From Candidatus Binatia bacterium (GTDB lineage Bacteria > Desulfobacterota > Binatia > UBA9968 > JAJDTQ01): DNA of 64,000 nucleotides. The stretch covers positions 2,688,001-2,752,000 of the forward strand of contig OY762897.2 in NCBI GenBank assembly GCA_963666515.2, given 5' to 3'. Of this stretch, positions 25,714-35,856 are shown one piece after another; positions within the stretch are counted from its first letter, which is position 1; every line of letters starts with the position of its first letter. Below the pieces are notes generated by a model that saw only the letters and a list, made by a program, of their open reading frames with translations, made no database searches and was not told the origin of the DNA. A program made the translations under genes and the position numbers.

Positions 25714-26612
25714 ATGGTCCTCGGCTTGGCGGGCGCGAACAGGCCCTGGGGCCGGACGATGAGCACCGCAGCCATGATCAGGTAGATGACGAACAGCTCC
25801 AGGGCCGGCTCCTGGTGCACCGCGAACGCCCGCGCCACGCCCACGATCACCGAGCCGATGAGGGCGCCGGGAATGCTGCCCATGCCGCCGATGACCACCA
25901 CGGCGAAGGCCAGCACGATCACCTCCACCCCGATGCCCGGCTGCACCGAGATCGCCGGCGCCTGGTAGGCGCCGCCCAGCGCCCCCAGGAACGAGCCCAG
26001 CATGAAGGTCAACAGGAAGATCCGGTTGACGTTGATTCCCATGGCCTGGGCCAGCTCCCGGTCATAGATCACCGCCAGCAGAAGCTTGCCGAACTGGGTC
26101 CGGTTGAGCCCGTACCACAGCACCGCGGCCACCACGGCCGACAACAGCACCATGGACAGGCTGTAGTTGTCGAAGGGAAGTCCGGCGATCTCCGTCGAGC
26201 CCAGCAGCCCGAGGGGCTCCGGCGCGAGGTAGGGGTCGGTGCCCCAGATCAGCAGCAGCACGTCCTCCAGCACAAGGAACGCCGCGAAAGTCGCCAGCAC
26301 GATGATGTGCTCGTCCTCGTGATAGAGGTGGCGGAGCAGGCCGCGCTCGATGATGACGCCGAAGAGCACGCCGAGGAAGGCCGCGGCGAACAACATCACC
26401 GCGAAGGCGCCGAACTGGGGCCAGTCCACCTGGAAATAGAGGATCAGCAGCGTGGCCGTGAGATAGGCGCCGAACGCGTAGAGCGCGCCGTGGGTGACGT
26501 TGAGGAGCTTCTGGACCCCGCAGATGACGGTCAGGCCCACGGCGACCATGAACAGGTACGAACCGTAGACCAGACCGTCAACGAGGATGATCAGTAGGAG
26601 CTCGGGATCCAA
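25710..26612 (-). CDS. Branched-chain amino acid-type ABC permease (LivH-like)
   Basis: AVGLTVI.G..LNVTHG; AFAVVVIGGMGSIPGA. Confidence 0.9.
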   Translation of the reverse strand: MDPELLLIILVDGLVYGSYLFMVAVGLTVICGVQKLLNVTHGALYAFGAYLTATLLILYFQVDWPQFGAFAVMLFAAAFLGVLFGVIIERGLLRHLYHEDEHIIVLATFAAFLVLEDVLLLIWGTDPYLAPEPLGLLGSTEIAGLPFDNYSLSMVLLSAVVAAVLWYGLNRTQFGKLLLAVIYDRELAQAMGINVNRIFLLTFMLGSFLGALGGAYQAPAISVQPGIGVEVIVLAFAVVVIGGMGSIPGALIGSVIVGVARAFAVHQEPALELFVIYLIMAAVLIVRPQGLFAPAKPRTI

Positions 26613-26619
26613 CGGTTCC

Positions 26620-27933
26620 TCAGTCGCACTTGGCGCCCTTCATGCCGCCCTTGACCCAGTCCGCGGCATTGACCCCTTCCGGCGGGTTCACGCACTCGGC
26701 CTTGAACTCCACCACGTCCTTGACCACGATCTCGCCCTTGGCGTCGTCCCACTCGGCATAGCCCCAGCGGTCCGAGGTGACCGCCTGGTGTCCCTTGCCG
26801 AGGGACATCTTGACCTTGGCGGCCAGGATGTCGTAGGTGGCGTGCTCCAGCGCCTTGATGACTTGGTCGGTGGACGGGAACTTGCCGCCGTTGGCCTTCA
26901 TGGCCGTGTCGTAGGCGTACTTGGCCGCCACGATGCCGTCGGCGTAGTGATAGGCCGGCGACGAAGGCGGCTGCTTGTACGCCTTGCGGTATTCGCTCCG
27001 GAACCACTTGTTGAGCGGGGTGTCGATACCCTCCGCGTACAATCCGTAGGGACCGCGGGCGAGCTGTCCCGGCGGGAACTTCTTGCCGATCCGGTGGGCC
27101 GTTATCTCACCCACCGTGAAAACGAACGTCTTGCGCTTGAACAGCCCCCTGGCTTTGCCCTGGGCGATCAAGGCCTCGATGTCGCCGCCCCAGAAGCTGG
27201 AGTGCACCACCTTCTGCTTGGCCCTGAGCAGCACCGAGATCTCGGTGCCGTACTGGCCGGAGAACAGCTTGGGGAACTGCTGCTTCTTGGCCGGCTTGAG
27301 TTCCGACGCCAGGGTCTGCACGCCCAGGTTGAAATCGCGCCAGGCATCCTGGCCCCAGGCGTAGTTCTGGTTGATGCCCATGTAGCCGTCCTTGGCCTCG
27401 TTCCGGAGCTTCTTGACGACGTAGTGCGCGGCGCCCACGTTGCCGGCGGTGCTGTGGTTGATGATGCGGAAGAGGTACTTCGGCTCCTTCACCAGCTCCT
27501 CGAAGATGCGCGGCGTGCCGCATACGGTCAGCAGGGTCAGGACTCGAAGCTCCTCCACCACCCGGGCGATGGCGGCGCAGCTCCCGGAGGAGACGTAGCC
27601 GACCACGACGTCCACGCCCTCCTTCTGCACCTTGTTGCGCAGCTCCGTCACCTGCTTGGTGCCGCCGCCCGACTCGTCGTAGACCACGAGATCGATCTTG
27701 CGGCCAGCCAGCCCGACGCTGTTGTAGGGCGCCGGCAGGGTGCCTTCGTTGATGGCGCGGACCACCAGCTCCACGCCGTTCTTGGACGCGGTGCCGTATG
27801 TCGGCGCGCCTCCGCCGGTAAGGAACGTCGGAACCGCCACCTTGACGGTCTGCGCCGAGGCGGCGCCCGCCGCCAGCAACACCGCCAGGGCCGCGGCCAA
27901 CGCCATGAATCTCTTGCGAGGTATTGCGTTCAT
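26620..27933 (-). CDS. ABC substrate-binding protein (type 1, Liv/Peripla_BP_6-like)
   Basis: Signal peptide; GRKIDLVVYDE, VVGYVSSG and NYAWGQD motifs; first gene of the Liv-type operon. Confidence 0.88.
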   Translation of the reverse strand: MNAIPRKRFMALAAALAVLLAAGAASAQTVKVAVPTFLTGGGAPTYGTASKNGVELVVRAINEGTLPAPYNSVGLAGRKIDLVVYDESGGGTKQVTELRNKVQKEGVDVVVGYVSSGSCAAIARVVEELRVLTLLTVCGTPRIFEELVKEPKYLFRIINHSTAGNVGAAHYVVKKLRNEAKDGYMGINQNYAWGQDAWRDFNLGVQTLASELKPAKKQQFPKLFSGQYGTEISVLLRAKQKVVHSSFWGGDIEALIAQGKARGLFKRKTFVFTVGEITAHRIGKKFPPGQLARGPYGLYAEGIDTPLNKWFRSEYRKAYKQPPSSPAYHYADGIVAAKYAYDTAMKANGGKFPSTDQVIKALEHATYDILAAKVKMSLGKGHQAVTSDRWGYAEWDDAKGEIVVKDVVEFKAECVNPPEGVNAADWVKGGMKGAKCD

Positions 27934-28002
27934 GTCAGCCTCCCGTGTTTTCCATGTTTATCGATCGCCACGATACATGTTCGCTCTCCGCGTGCTGATT
28001 GA

Positions 28003-28017
28003 GCTATACCGTATAGC
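28003..28017. promoter_or_regulatory. Candidate operator between the divergent SBP and VOC genes
   Basis: Perfect palindrome GCTATAC-c-GTATAGC in the intergenic region. Confidence 0.4.
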
Positions 28018-28087
28018 GCAAGTCACCCCCAAAGCAAGCGCAATGTGCCGGCGCCGAACGCCGCGGCCGTCATGGAGGGAATCGAAC

Positions 28088-28708
28088 ATGGCACGAAACA
28101 TGACCCAACGAGGCAAGGTCGATCTGGAGGGGCTGCACGGTCCCGAAGTCCAGGCGATGAAGGGCGTCCAGCCGCCGGCCGACATGCCCTTCCGCATCGG
28201 CAACATGAGTCACGCCGTGCTGGTGGTCCGGGACATCGACGCCTCCGTCCGGTTCTACACCCAGGTGCTCGGCTTCAAGGTCTCCGACGTCTACCCCGAA
28301 AGCATGGTGCCGGGCCGTATGGTGTTCATGCGCTTCAACCAGGACCACCACGGCCTCGGCCTCATCGGCCAGGCCGAGGAGGCTTCGGCGGGGCGGGAAC
28401 TGCATCACCTGGCGTTCGAGGTCCCCACCCTCGACGACGTGTTCCGCGCCAGAGACCACCTGGAGAAGCACGGCGTGGCCATCGACTTCCACGGCCGCAG
28501 GCGGGCGGGCTGCCAGGTGTCGGTGGAGTTCCGCGACCCCGACGGCCACAGCCTGGAGATATTCTGGGGACTCGACCAGGTGGACTGGGACGGTGAAGCT
28601 CGCCCGCCCGAGGAGTGGGCGCCGAGACCCTCGCTCGAAGAAGCCCTCGACGAAGCGCCGCCGGGACAGGACACCACCCTCGCCGATTCGGGCTTGCGGA
28701 GGAAGTAG
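28088..28708 (+). CDS. VOC family protein (glyoxalase/extradiol dioxygenase)
   Basis: SHAVL.VRD...FYTQVLG, DHHGL, LHHLAFEV, FRDPDGHSLEI. Confidence 0.88.
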   Translation: MARNMTQRGKVDLEGLHGPEVQAMKGVQPPADMPFRIGNMSHAVLVVRDIDASVRFYTQVLGFKVSDVYPESMVPGRMVFMRFNQDHHGLGLIGQAEEASAGRELHHLAFEVPTLDDVFRARDHLEKHGVAIDFHGRRRAGCQVSVEFRDPDGHSLEIFWGLDQVDWDGEARPPEEWAPRPSLEEALDEAPPGQDTTLADSGLRRK

Positions 28709-28758
28709 CTGGCGGCCGTCACCGGCCCGGGGTCCAAACCCGACCGTGCGACCGACTG

Positions 28759-29598
28759 CTACGCGGACGATTGGCGCGCCGCCACGACACCCGCCTGTTC
28801 GTCGCCCGGGTTGACGATGAAGGCTTCACCGCGTGAGAAGAAGTCGCGGACCAGGGCGACGAACCGTTCCGGCTGATCCACCTCGATGTTGTGGCCCGCA
28901 TCATAGACGTATACCAGCTTGGCGTGGGGAATCTCGCGCGCCAGAAGCTGGCCGCTCTCCGGCGGCATCATGCCGTCTTTGGTGCCCTGCAGAACCAGCG
29001 TCTGCTGCGTGATTTCGGGCAATCGGGCCACAAGCGCCTCGTCGAGTCCGACGGACTTGTGGTAGTAATCCGCCCACCCACGGCTCTCGGCAAGCTGCTC
29101 CGGAGTCTTTTCGCCCGGAGGAATCCGCTCCGGGTGGGCAAACATCCTGCTTCGCATCTCCTCCGGACTGCCCGCCGGTTTCTGCGGGATGTGCGGCGGG
29201 CGGAAGCCCGACGGGCACTGGAGCACCACGGAGCTTATCTTCTCGGGATTACACACGGTCACCCACGCCGACAGGAACCCGCCGAAAGACTGGCCTACCA
29301 GGTCGCAAGGCCCTCCGATGACCGAATCCACGAACTGGCCGGCGAGATCGGCAAGCGCCGGCATGGTGTCGAGACCCTCATGGGCCGGGGTCCCGTCGAA
29401 CCCAGGGGCCACCATCATGTGGATCCGGTGATCGCGCGACAGCTCGTCCAGCGCGTAGGTGAAACGGATGCCGCCCGCGCTGTGCAAGTACAGCACGGGC
29501 GGCCCCTCGCCGGCGACGTGGTAGGTCACCGGGCCGGATGGGAGAGCGGCGGTGAGCCTCTGGAAGGGCTCGCCCGCGGGCCCCGATGTTCCAACCAT
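28759..29598 (-). CDS. Alpha/beta fold hydrolase
   Basis: YLHSAGG; nucleophile motif GQSFGG; GTKD and AGH. Confidence 0.88.
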   Translation of the reverse strand: MVGTSGPAGEPFQRLTAALPSGPVTYHVAGEGPPVLYLHSAGGIRFTYALDELSRDHRIHMMVAPGFDGTPAHEGLDTMPALADLAGQFVDSVIGGPCDLVGQSFGGFLSAWVTVCNPEKISSVVLQCPSGFRPPHIPQKPAGSPEEMRSRMFAHPERIPPGEKTPEQLAESRGWADYYHKSVGLDEALVARLPEITQQTLVLQGTKDGMMPPESGQLLAREIPHAKLVYVYDAGHNIEVDQPERFVALVRDFFSRGEAFIVNPGDEQAGVVAARQSSA

Positions 29599-29634
29599 GA
29601 TTGCCTTTCGCGTCCAGCCGCCGGGACGGCGGAA

Positions 29635-30666
29635 TTATTTTTCGCGCAACACCGCGCGGAATACCTTGGTCAGCCGCGCCTCGTTCTTCATGCGCCAGTC
29701 AAAAGGTATGTCAAGAACCTTTTTGCCCTGGACATAGTTGTACATGTAGGTGCCCTTCGAAGTGACGAGCGAATAGCCCCGGACATCGTGGATGGTCTTC
29801 TGGCCGGCGGGAGACACCACCCAGTAGCCCCACAATTTGGCGATGTTCGGCGCTTTGGTGTCCTTGATGATATAGGCGCCACGGGCGGCGAGGATCACGG
29901 TGTCGATGTCCGGATGCTTCACCGGAGCGCCCTTGGCGATCTCGGCCCAGGCATCGGTGCCGAACCCGATGGCGAATTCGCCGCCGATGACCCGTGACCG
30001 CACGTCCGGATACCGGGCCAACGTCTTGACCTCCTGTTTCCGGAGCAGAGTCTCCAGGAACTTCTTCGCCTTTTCTTCGCCGAATGCGAAGGCGAAATAG
30101 TTCCAGGGTGACGGCGAGCGCGGTATGGCGATCCGGCCCTTCCATTTCGGGTCGAGCAGGTCGTCGTAGGTCTTCGGTTCGTCAGCGGGCTTCACCAGGT
30201 TGGTGTTGACGGTCACCATGGTGAGATAGCTGTCACTCGTCTTGACCCCGTATTCACCTTCCATCAGTTTTTCCGGCAGACCGAATTCGCCGGCCCAGTC
30301 GAACTTGATGAGGGCGTTGCCCTCAATCAAGGCACGGGGGCTCGTCGTCCAGAAGAGGTCGAGTCCCGTCGGCACTTTCTTTTCCAGCGCCCGGATGACT
30401 TCCACCCTCTTGCGCGTATGGCGGCCGCCGATCTGGTTGAGCTTGATCTTGGTGCCATAGAACGAATTGAAGCTTTCGTTCATCATCGCGACTTGGCGGG
30501 GGTTCATGGTGACACCGAAGACGGTCGCCTCGCCTTCCGCCTGCGCCGGCTTGACGAGCTTCTTCACGGCGTCCGGCAGATCCGCGCCGGTGGCCATCGC
30601 CGGTACGCCGAACAAGACGGCTGCCACGGCGAGCAGCCCAACCCATGTCGTGAGTATCTGTTTCAT
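29635..30666 (-). CDS. ABC substrate-binding protein (Fe3+/polyamine-type family)
   Basis: Signal peptide; NTNLV..PKTYDDLLDPKWKGRI; SPAGQK. Confidence 0.85.
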   Translation of the reverse strand: MKQILTTWVGLLAVAAVLFGVPAMATGADLPDAVKKLVKPAQAEGEATVFGVTMNPRQVAMMNESFNSFYGTKIKLNQIGGRHTRKRVEVIRALEKKVPTGLDLFWTTSPRALIEGNALIKFDWAGEFGLPEKLMEGEYGVKTSDSYLTMVTVNTNLVKPADEPKTYDDLLDPKWKGRIAIPRSPSPWNYFAFAFGEEKAKKFLETLLRKQEVKTLARYPDVRSRVIGGEFAIGFGTDAWAEIAKGAPVKHPDIDTVILAARGAYIIKDTKAPNIAKLWGYWVVSPAGQKTIHDVRGYSLVTSKGTYMYNYVQGKKVLDIPFDWRMKNEARLTKVFRAVLREK

Positions 30667-30723
30667 CTGCTCCTCTCCTTTGTCCTTTCGCCAACGATAC
30701 ATCCGGCCTCCCGCCGGATCCGT

Positions 30724-32505
30724 TCAACTGCCATACTCGAGCCTTCGTTTGCGGGCGGGTCTTGCAAGCTCGGCCACCCAGCCGGACAGCCGGCTCAGCA
30801 GACCGTTGCGGCGGGCAACGTCGTGGCCGCGGATCTCCTGCATCCCGGTCATGCGCCGTGCCACCAGCGCCAGGATGGAGAGAACGAATATCATGTAGAA
30901 GGCCACCGCCGCGGCGGCGTTCTGTTCGCCGTTGGTTTGAAGATTGAAGATGAGGGTGGCGACGACCTCGGAGTTGCCGGTGTTCATCACCAGCGGCAAG
31001 GTCAGGTCGCGCGCCGCGAGCATTCCGACCATCAGGGCGGAGTAGAAGATCGCCGGCGCCATCAGGGGCAGGAAGATGCGCCGGAACGTCTCCAGCATCG
31101 AGACGCCCGAGACATAGGCGGCCTCGTCGAGCTCGAAATGGATCTGCAAGGAAGCCGCGTTCATGGTCCGGGTGCAGTAGGCCAGCATCCGTGTGCCCAT
31201 GGCGATGGCCACCAGCCAGATGGTCCCGAACAGCGGTATCCAGTGATACATCTCGATGCCGATGAACTGGAACGCGACGCCGGTCACGATGGTGGGCACC
31301 GCCGGAGCCAGGAACACGATGTTGTCGGCCCAGCGCGCCGTGCCGTTGCGGCTGCGCGTGACCACCCACGTGACGCTGGTGGCCAGCGACGCGGCTACCA
31401 CGATGGAGCCCGCCATCAGGATCAGCGTGTGACGTAGCGGCTCGCCGATCCATGCCAACGCGTCGCGGAAGCTGTCGAGGTTGACCGTATCCAGCGCTGC
31501 AATCGACGGCGGCTGGAAGTAAGGCACCAGCGCCACCCAGACGATGGTGACCACCGGAATCCCGATGCTGACCATCACCCAGACGCCGACCCAGAAATAG
31601 GCGGCCCAGCGCCAGCGGCCGAGGGGCTGCGGCGCCGACGCCCGCACCTTGCCGCCCACCACCGCGTACTTCCGCGCCTGCTTGAGGAACCGCGCGTAGA
31701 ACAGGATGGCGACGCCGCAGATGACGAACAGGACCACACCCGCGGCACCCGCGAAGCCCAGGTTGGGCGGACCGTCCGTCTCCGCGATGGCGTCATAGAT
31801 CCACAGGACCAGCACGTCGCCTGGCATGCCGATGATGGCGACGAAGTCGAACATCTCCACGCCGAGCACGAAGTAGAAGATGCAAACCGCCACCATGCTG
31901 GGGCCCAGCAGCGGCAGCACGATGCGAGAAACCGTATAGGTCTTGGACACCCCGCTGACCCAGGCGGCCTCTTCCAACGAAGCGTCGAGGTTCCTGAAGG
32001 CCGGCAGCATCATGAAGACCCCGCCCGGGACCAGCACGATGCCCTGCAGGAAGCAGATCCAGGACACCTGGTAGACATCGAACAGGGCGCCGCCCGTGAA
32101 CTTGGTCATTCCGAAGAGCGTGTTGACGAGCCCGGAGGTCGGATTGAACAGCCACACGTACGACATGGCGGTGATGAAACCGGGGATCGCCAGCTTTGCC
32201 GTCAGTAGCGTGAACAGGCCGGTGCGGTAGCGGAAATCCGTGCGCGCCAGGAGCCAGGTGAACGGGAAGGCGAACACGAACATCCAGAAAACGGTGCCCA
32301 CCCCAAGAAGGGCGGTCCTGCCCGTGACGCTGTAAAGGTGCTTCTGGGTGAGCAGCTCGACGTAGTTGGCGAACGTGTACTGCCCGTCGACATCCTGGTC
32401 GGCGAAGCTGGTGACTATGTTGCCGAAGACGGTGACGCACACCAGCGCCAGCCCGGAGATCGCCAGCAGGTAGACCCAGCCGATACCGAGCAATCTAGTT
32501 CGCAC
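30724..32505 (-). CDS. ABC permease with two fused TM domains (FbpB-like)
   Basis: Two EAA motifs (LEEAAWVSG, LDEAAYVSG). Confidence 0.9.
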   Translation of the reverse strand: MRTRLLGIGWVYLLAISGLALVCVTVFGNIVTSFADQDVDGQYTFANYVELLTQKHLYSVTGRTALLGVGTVFWMFVFAFPFTWLLARTDFRYRTGLFTLLTAKLAIPGFITAMSYVWLFNPTSGLVNTLFGMTKFTGGALFDVYQVSWICFLQGIVLVPGGVFMMLPAFRNLDASLEEAAWVSGVSKTYTVSRIVLPLLGPSMVAVCIFYFVLGVEMFDFVAIIGMPGDVLVLWIYDAIAETDGPPNLGFAGAAGVVLFVICGVAILFYARFLKQARKYAVVGGKVRASAPQPLGRWRWAAYFWVGVWVMVSIGIPVVTIVWVALVPYFQPPSIAALDTVNLDSFRDALAWIGEPLRHTLILMAGSIVVAASLATSVTWVVTRSRNGTARWADNIVFLAPAVPTIVTGVAFQFIGIEMYHWIPLFGTIWLVAIAMGTRMLAYCTRTMNAASLQIHFELDEAAYVSGVSMLETFRRIFLPLMAPAIFYSALMVGMLAARDLTLPLVMNTGNSEVVATLIFNLQTNGEQNAAAAVAFYMIFVLSILALVARRMTGMQEIRGHDVARRNGLLSRLSGWVAELARPARKRRLEYGS

Positions 32506-33664
32506 GAGCCGCTTCCTCGCCGGCGAGCCCGCCTTCGATGCCTTCCATGTCCAGCCCGTCGGACGGCGCGACCACGACGGTCTCCGCCGGCGGAAAATGA
32601 AGCCGGATCGAATCCCCGCGGCTGATGGCCTCGCGGTGATGCCGCCTCACCCTCACCGGCTGGCCGCAGGACTCGACGGTGTGCACGTAACCCTCCCCGA
32701 CGTAGCTCGATGACGCCACCGTGCCCGTGACGAGATTGGCCGAATCCCCCGGGATGCCGCTGCCGATCTCGATGTCTTCCGGGCGGATTCCCACCATGCA
32801 GGTAGCGCCGTTCAAAAAACCGTCACGGCTGGTCAGTTGCGCGTCGAGTTGGCCGAAGGCGGTCTCCACGTGAACCGTGCCCCCGTTGCAGCCCCGATAG
32901 ACCGCCGGGAAAATGTTCATGTCGCCGATGAACCGCGCGACGAACTCGTTTTCCGGACGGTGATAGACGGCTTGCGGATCGCCGATCTGGACGATCCGGC
33001 CCTCCGACATCACGGCGATGCGGTCGCCGGTCTCAAGGGCCTCCGCCTGGTTGTGGGTGACGTGGACCGTCGTCAGGTTCAGGCGGTGCATCAGGTCGCG
33101 CATCTGGGCGCGCAGCCGGACCTGGAGCTTGAAGTCCAGGTTGCTCAGCGGCTCGTCCATCAACAGGATGCGGGGCTGCAGCGCCAGTGCCCGCGCCAGC
33201 GCCACCCGCTGCTGCTGGCCGCCGCTCAGGGTAATGACCGGACGTTCCGCCAGGGCGTCGAGACCGAGCATCTCGAGCACCTCTCCGACGCGGCCCCGCA
33301 CCGCCTCCTTGTCCATCTTCAGCCGCCCGCGGCGGAGCGGGAAGGCGATGTTCTCGAACACGTCCATGTGCGGCCAGATGGCGTAGGACTGGAACACCAT
33401 GGCGATGGGGCGCTGATCGGGTGGGACGAAAACGCCGTTCTCCGCGTCGAAGATGGGGTGCCCGTCGATGCGGATGTCACCCGCGGTGGGGCGCTCCAGC
33501 CCGGCGATGGAACGCAGCATGGTGGTCTTGCCGCAACCCGACGGGCCCAGCAGGACAAAGAACTCGCCCGTGGCGATATCCAGGTCGATGCCCCGCAACG
33601 CGTGCACGACGCCGTCCCGCAATGGGAACTTCGCCTCCAGACGCCGTGTCTGCAGCACCGCCAT
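32495..33664 (-). CDS. ABC ATP-binding protein (PotA/FbpC-like)
   Basis: GPSGCGKTT, LSGGQQQR and LLMDEP; C-terminal TOBE-like region. Confidence 0.93.
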   Translation of the reverse strand: MAVLQTRRLEAKFPLRDGVVHALRGIDLDIATGEFFVLLGPSGCGKTTMLRSIAGLERPTAGDIRIDGHPIFDAENGVFVPPDQRPIAMVFQSYAIWPHMDVFENIAFPLRRGRLKMDKEAVRGRVGEVLEMLGLDALAERPVITLSGGQQQRVALARALALQPRILLMDEPLSNLDFKLQVRLRAQMRDLMHRLNLTTVHVTHNQAEALETGDRIAVMSEGRIVQIGDPQAVYHRPENEFVARFIGDMNIFPAVYRGCNGGTVHVETAFGQLDAQLTSRDGFLNGATCMVGIRPEDIEIGSGIPGDSANLVTGTVASSSYVGEGYVHTVESCGQPVRVRRHHREAISRGDSIRLHFPPAETVVVAPSDGLDMEGIEGGLAGEEAARAN

Positions 33665-33688
33665 AGTCTAAGGTTCCAGGGTTACGGT

Positions 33689-34699
33689 CTATTCGGGCGC
33701 GAGAACCCCTTCGTCTTGCAGCCGCTTGATGGTCGCTTTGGCCGTGGCGCGCGCGTCGCCGCCGGTGTCCTTGGACATGAAGGTCTGCTTCTCGAATTCC
33801 CGGCCGAAGAACTCGGACTTGACCTGCGCCGGGAAGTTCATGAACACCTCGGTGCGCCGCTTCCGCTGCCGGTCGAGATCGACGGTCGAGACCAGCACGG
33901 ACTCGCCCGCGCCGTCGATGCGGGCGTCGACGTGGCCGAGGTAGTCTATCACCGTGGAGGCGCCGCGCGTGCCCTGCGCCGCGCTGTACCGGCCGCTCAG
34001 GGCGCCGGCGTTGGCCGAGGCCACGTAGACGAGGTTCTCGTAGGCGCGCGACCGGCGCACCTGATCGCGCGTCTCGGCCATGGGTCCGTTGGTCTCGGTG
34101 GTCGGGTGCAGCAGGATCTCCGCGCCGCGAAAGGTCAGGGCGCGGGACAACTCGAAGAAGTTCACGTCGTGCTCCACGATCGTCGCGAGCCGCCCGTACG
34201 GCGTATAGAGCACCGGGAACAGGGACTCCTCGCCGTACCGGCGAACGTATTCCGTGTAGACGTCGGCGGGACAGACGCTGGGGATCAACCCTTCGACGTT
34301 GTGCTCGTGGCACTTGCGGTAACGCAGCTCGACCGCGCCGGAGGGGCCGACGATGAAACCCGCGGTGAACCAGACATCGGGCCAATCCGGATCGCGTTCG
34401 AAGGCGGCTCCCGCCACATAGACCTGGTGCTCCCGGGCAAACGCGCCGATCATGTCGGTTTCGGGTCCGGGTATCTCGATGCAGACCTTCTTCCAGTCGC
34501 CGGCGGTGCGCTTGTGGTTGAAGCCCTGAAGCCAGGCCTCGGGGAACACCACGACGCGCGCCTCGTCCCGGACCACCGCCGCCTCGGCGATATCCAGCCC
34601 GCGCCGGAGGTTGCGGGCGATGACGTCGTCCTTGCGCGCCGGGTCGTCGATGACCTCGATGAACGACTGGACACAGGCGATATGGAACTTCTTCGGCAT
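33689..34699 (-). CDS. Nitrilase-related C-N hydrolase, catalytic Cys replaced by Glu
   Basis: VFPEA, YRK and RAYEN present; the nucleophile site reads IVEHDVNFFE. Confidence 0.82.
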   Translation of the reverse strand: MPKKFHIACVQSFIEVIDDPARKDDVIARNLRRGLDIAEAAVVRDEARVVVFPEAWLQGFNHKRTAGDWKKVCIEIPGPETDMIGAFAREHQVYVAGAAFERDPDWPDVWFTAGFIVGPSGAVELRYRKCHEHNVEGLIPSVCPADVYTEYVRRYGEESLFPVLYTPYGRLATIVEHDVNFFELSRALTFRGAEILLHPTTETNGPMAETRDQVRRSRAYENLVYVASANAGALSGRYSAAQGTRGASTVIDYLGHVDARIDGAGESVLVSTVDLDRQRKRRTEVFMNFPAQVKSEFFGREFEKQTFMSKDTGGDARATAKATIKRLQDEGVLAPE

Positions 34700-34701
34700 G
34701 G

Positions 34702-35856
34702 TCAGGCCAGGGCGCGGTTCTGTTGTTCCGATGGGGGCGCCGGTTCGTATCCCTCGGGCGGCGCGTAGACACCGTCCCGGAGATAGCGGGCGATGACGGC
34801 CTCGGTGCTTTGCCGCGCCTCCGACTTGTGCGCGATGGGTTGCTCCAGCCAGCGGTTGATGCCGGTGGCCTGGTGCCGGGTGTATTCGCGCGCATAGATC
34901 TCCGTGCGCGACTGCACCAGGATGTTGTCGCGTATCTCCGCGCGCCGTTCCCTCAGAGCCCGCAGGTCGATGGGGCCGATGGCCAGCGCCTCGCCGGGGT
35001 TCGGAGCCGCGCCGGCCACCTTGCCGTTGAAATCGACGATCTCCGAACCGCCGTGAGAACGATGCAGGGGCGAGATCTCGCCGTCGCGCCGCTCCTGGAA
35101 GTTCAGGCCCGGCGAATCCGCGAACACGTTGCCCGACACCTGCGCGGCATAGCCGCCGTGATTGGAGGAGATGACGTACATGCAGTTCTCGTAGGCACGG
35201 GTGCGCCGGCTCATCTCCCACGGTTCCCGGTGCGGTCCATACGGCTCGCCCGTGCAGTGCAGCAAGATCTCGGCGCCGTGCTGCGCGAAGGCGCGCGGCA
35301 TCTCCGGGAAGTTGATGTCGTAGCAGTTGATGAGCGCAAGCCGCCCGATCTCGGTGTCCACCACCGGGAACAGAGCATCTTCCCCGCCCTCGTTCTTCAC
35401 GTACAGGTCATAGCAGCCGGTAGGGGTGGAATAGGTCGTGTGCCCCTGGACGTCGGCGCCGTTGATCTTGCGATAGCGCAGCAGGAGGTCGCCCGACGGC
35501 CCGAACAGGTAGGCGGAATTGAACCAGCGATTCGGATAGGCCGGATCGTACTCCATGGTTCCGCCGGCGACGTAGGCGCGGTTGATGCGCGCGAAGTTGG
35601 CGAGGGGTTCGAGCTCCGGACCGGGAATACGGAGGGCGATGCGTGTCCATTCCTCCACCGACCGGACGTGCTCGACGCCGGTCAGGGAAAACTCGGGCAG
35701 GACATAGAGCTTTGCCTGGCCCCAGCGGCAGCTCACGTATTCCATCAGCGAGAGGTAGCGGTTGACGTTCTCGCGGATGATGGCGTCGCGCCATTCCGGT
35801 TCCCGCACGTGCCGGATAATCGTCTGAACGGCGACGGCCGTGTACTTGTCGATCAT
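34702..35856 (-). CDS. Nitrilase-related C-N hydrolase (intact E-K-C triad)
   Basis: VLPEF, YRKI, INCYDINFPE, RAYEN. Confidence 0.88.
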   Translation of the reverse strand: MIDKYTAVAVQTIIRHVREPEWRDAIIRENVNRYLSLMEYVSCRWGQAKLYVLPEFSLTGVEHVRSVEEWTRIALRIPGPELEPLANFARINRAYVAGGTMEYDPAYPNRWFNSAYLFGPSGDLLLRYRKINGADVQGHTTYSTPTGCYDLYVKNEGGEDALFPVVDTEIGRLALINCYDINFPEMPRAFAQHGAEILLHCTGEPYGPHREPWEMSRRTRAYENCMYVISSNHGGYAAQVSGNVFADSPGLNFQERRDGEISPLHRSHGGSEIVDFNGKVAGAAPNPGEALAIGPIDLRALRERRAEIRDNILVQSRTEIYAREYTRHQATGINRWLEQPIAHKSEARQSTEAVIARYLRDGVYAPPEGYEPAPPSEQQNRALA

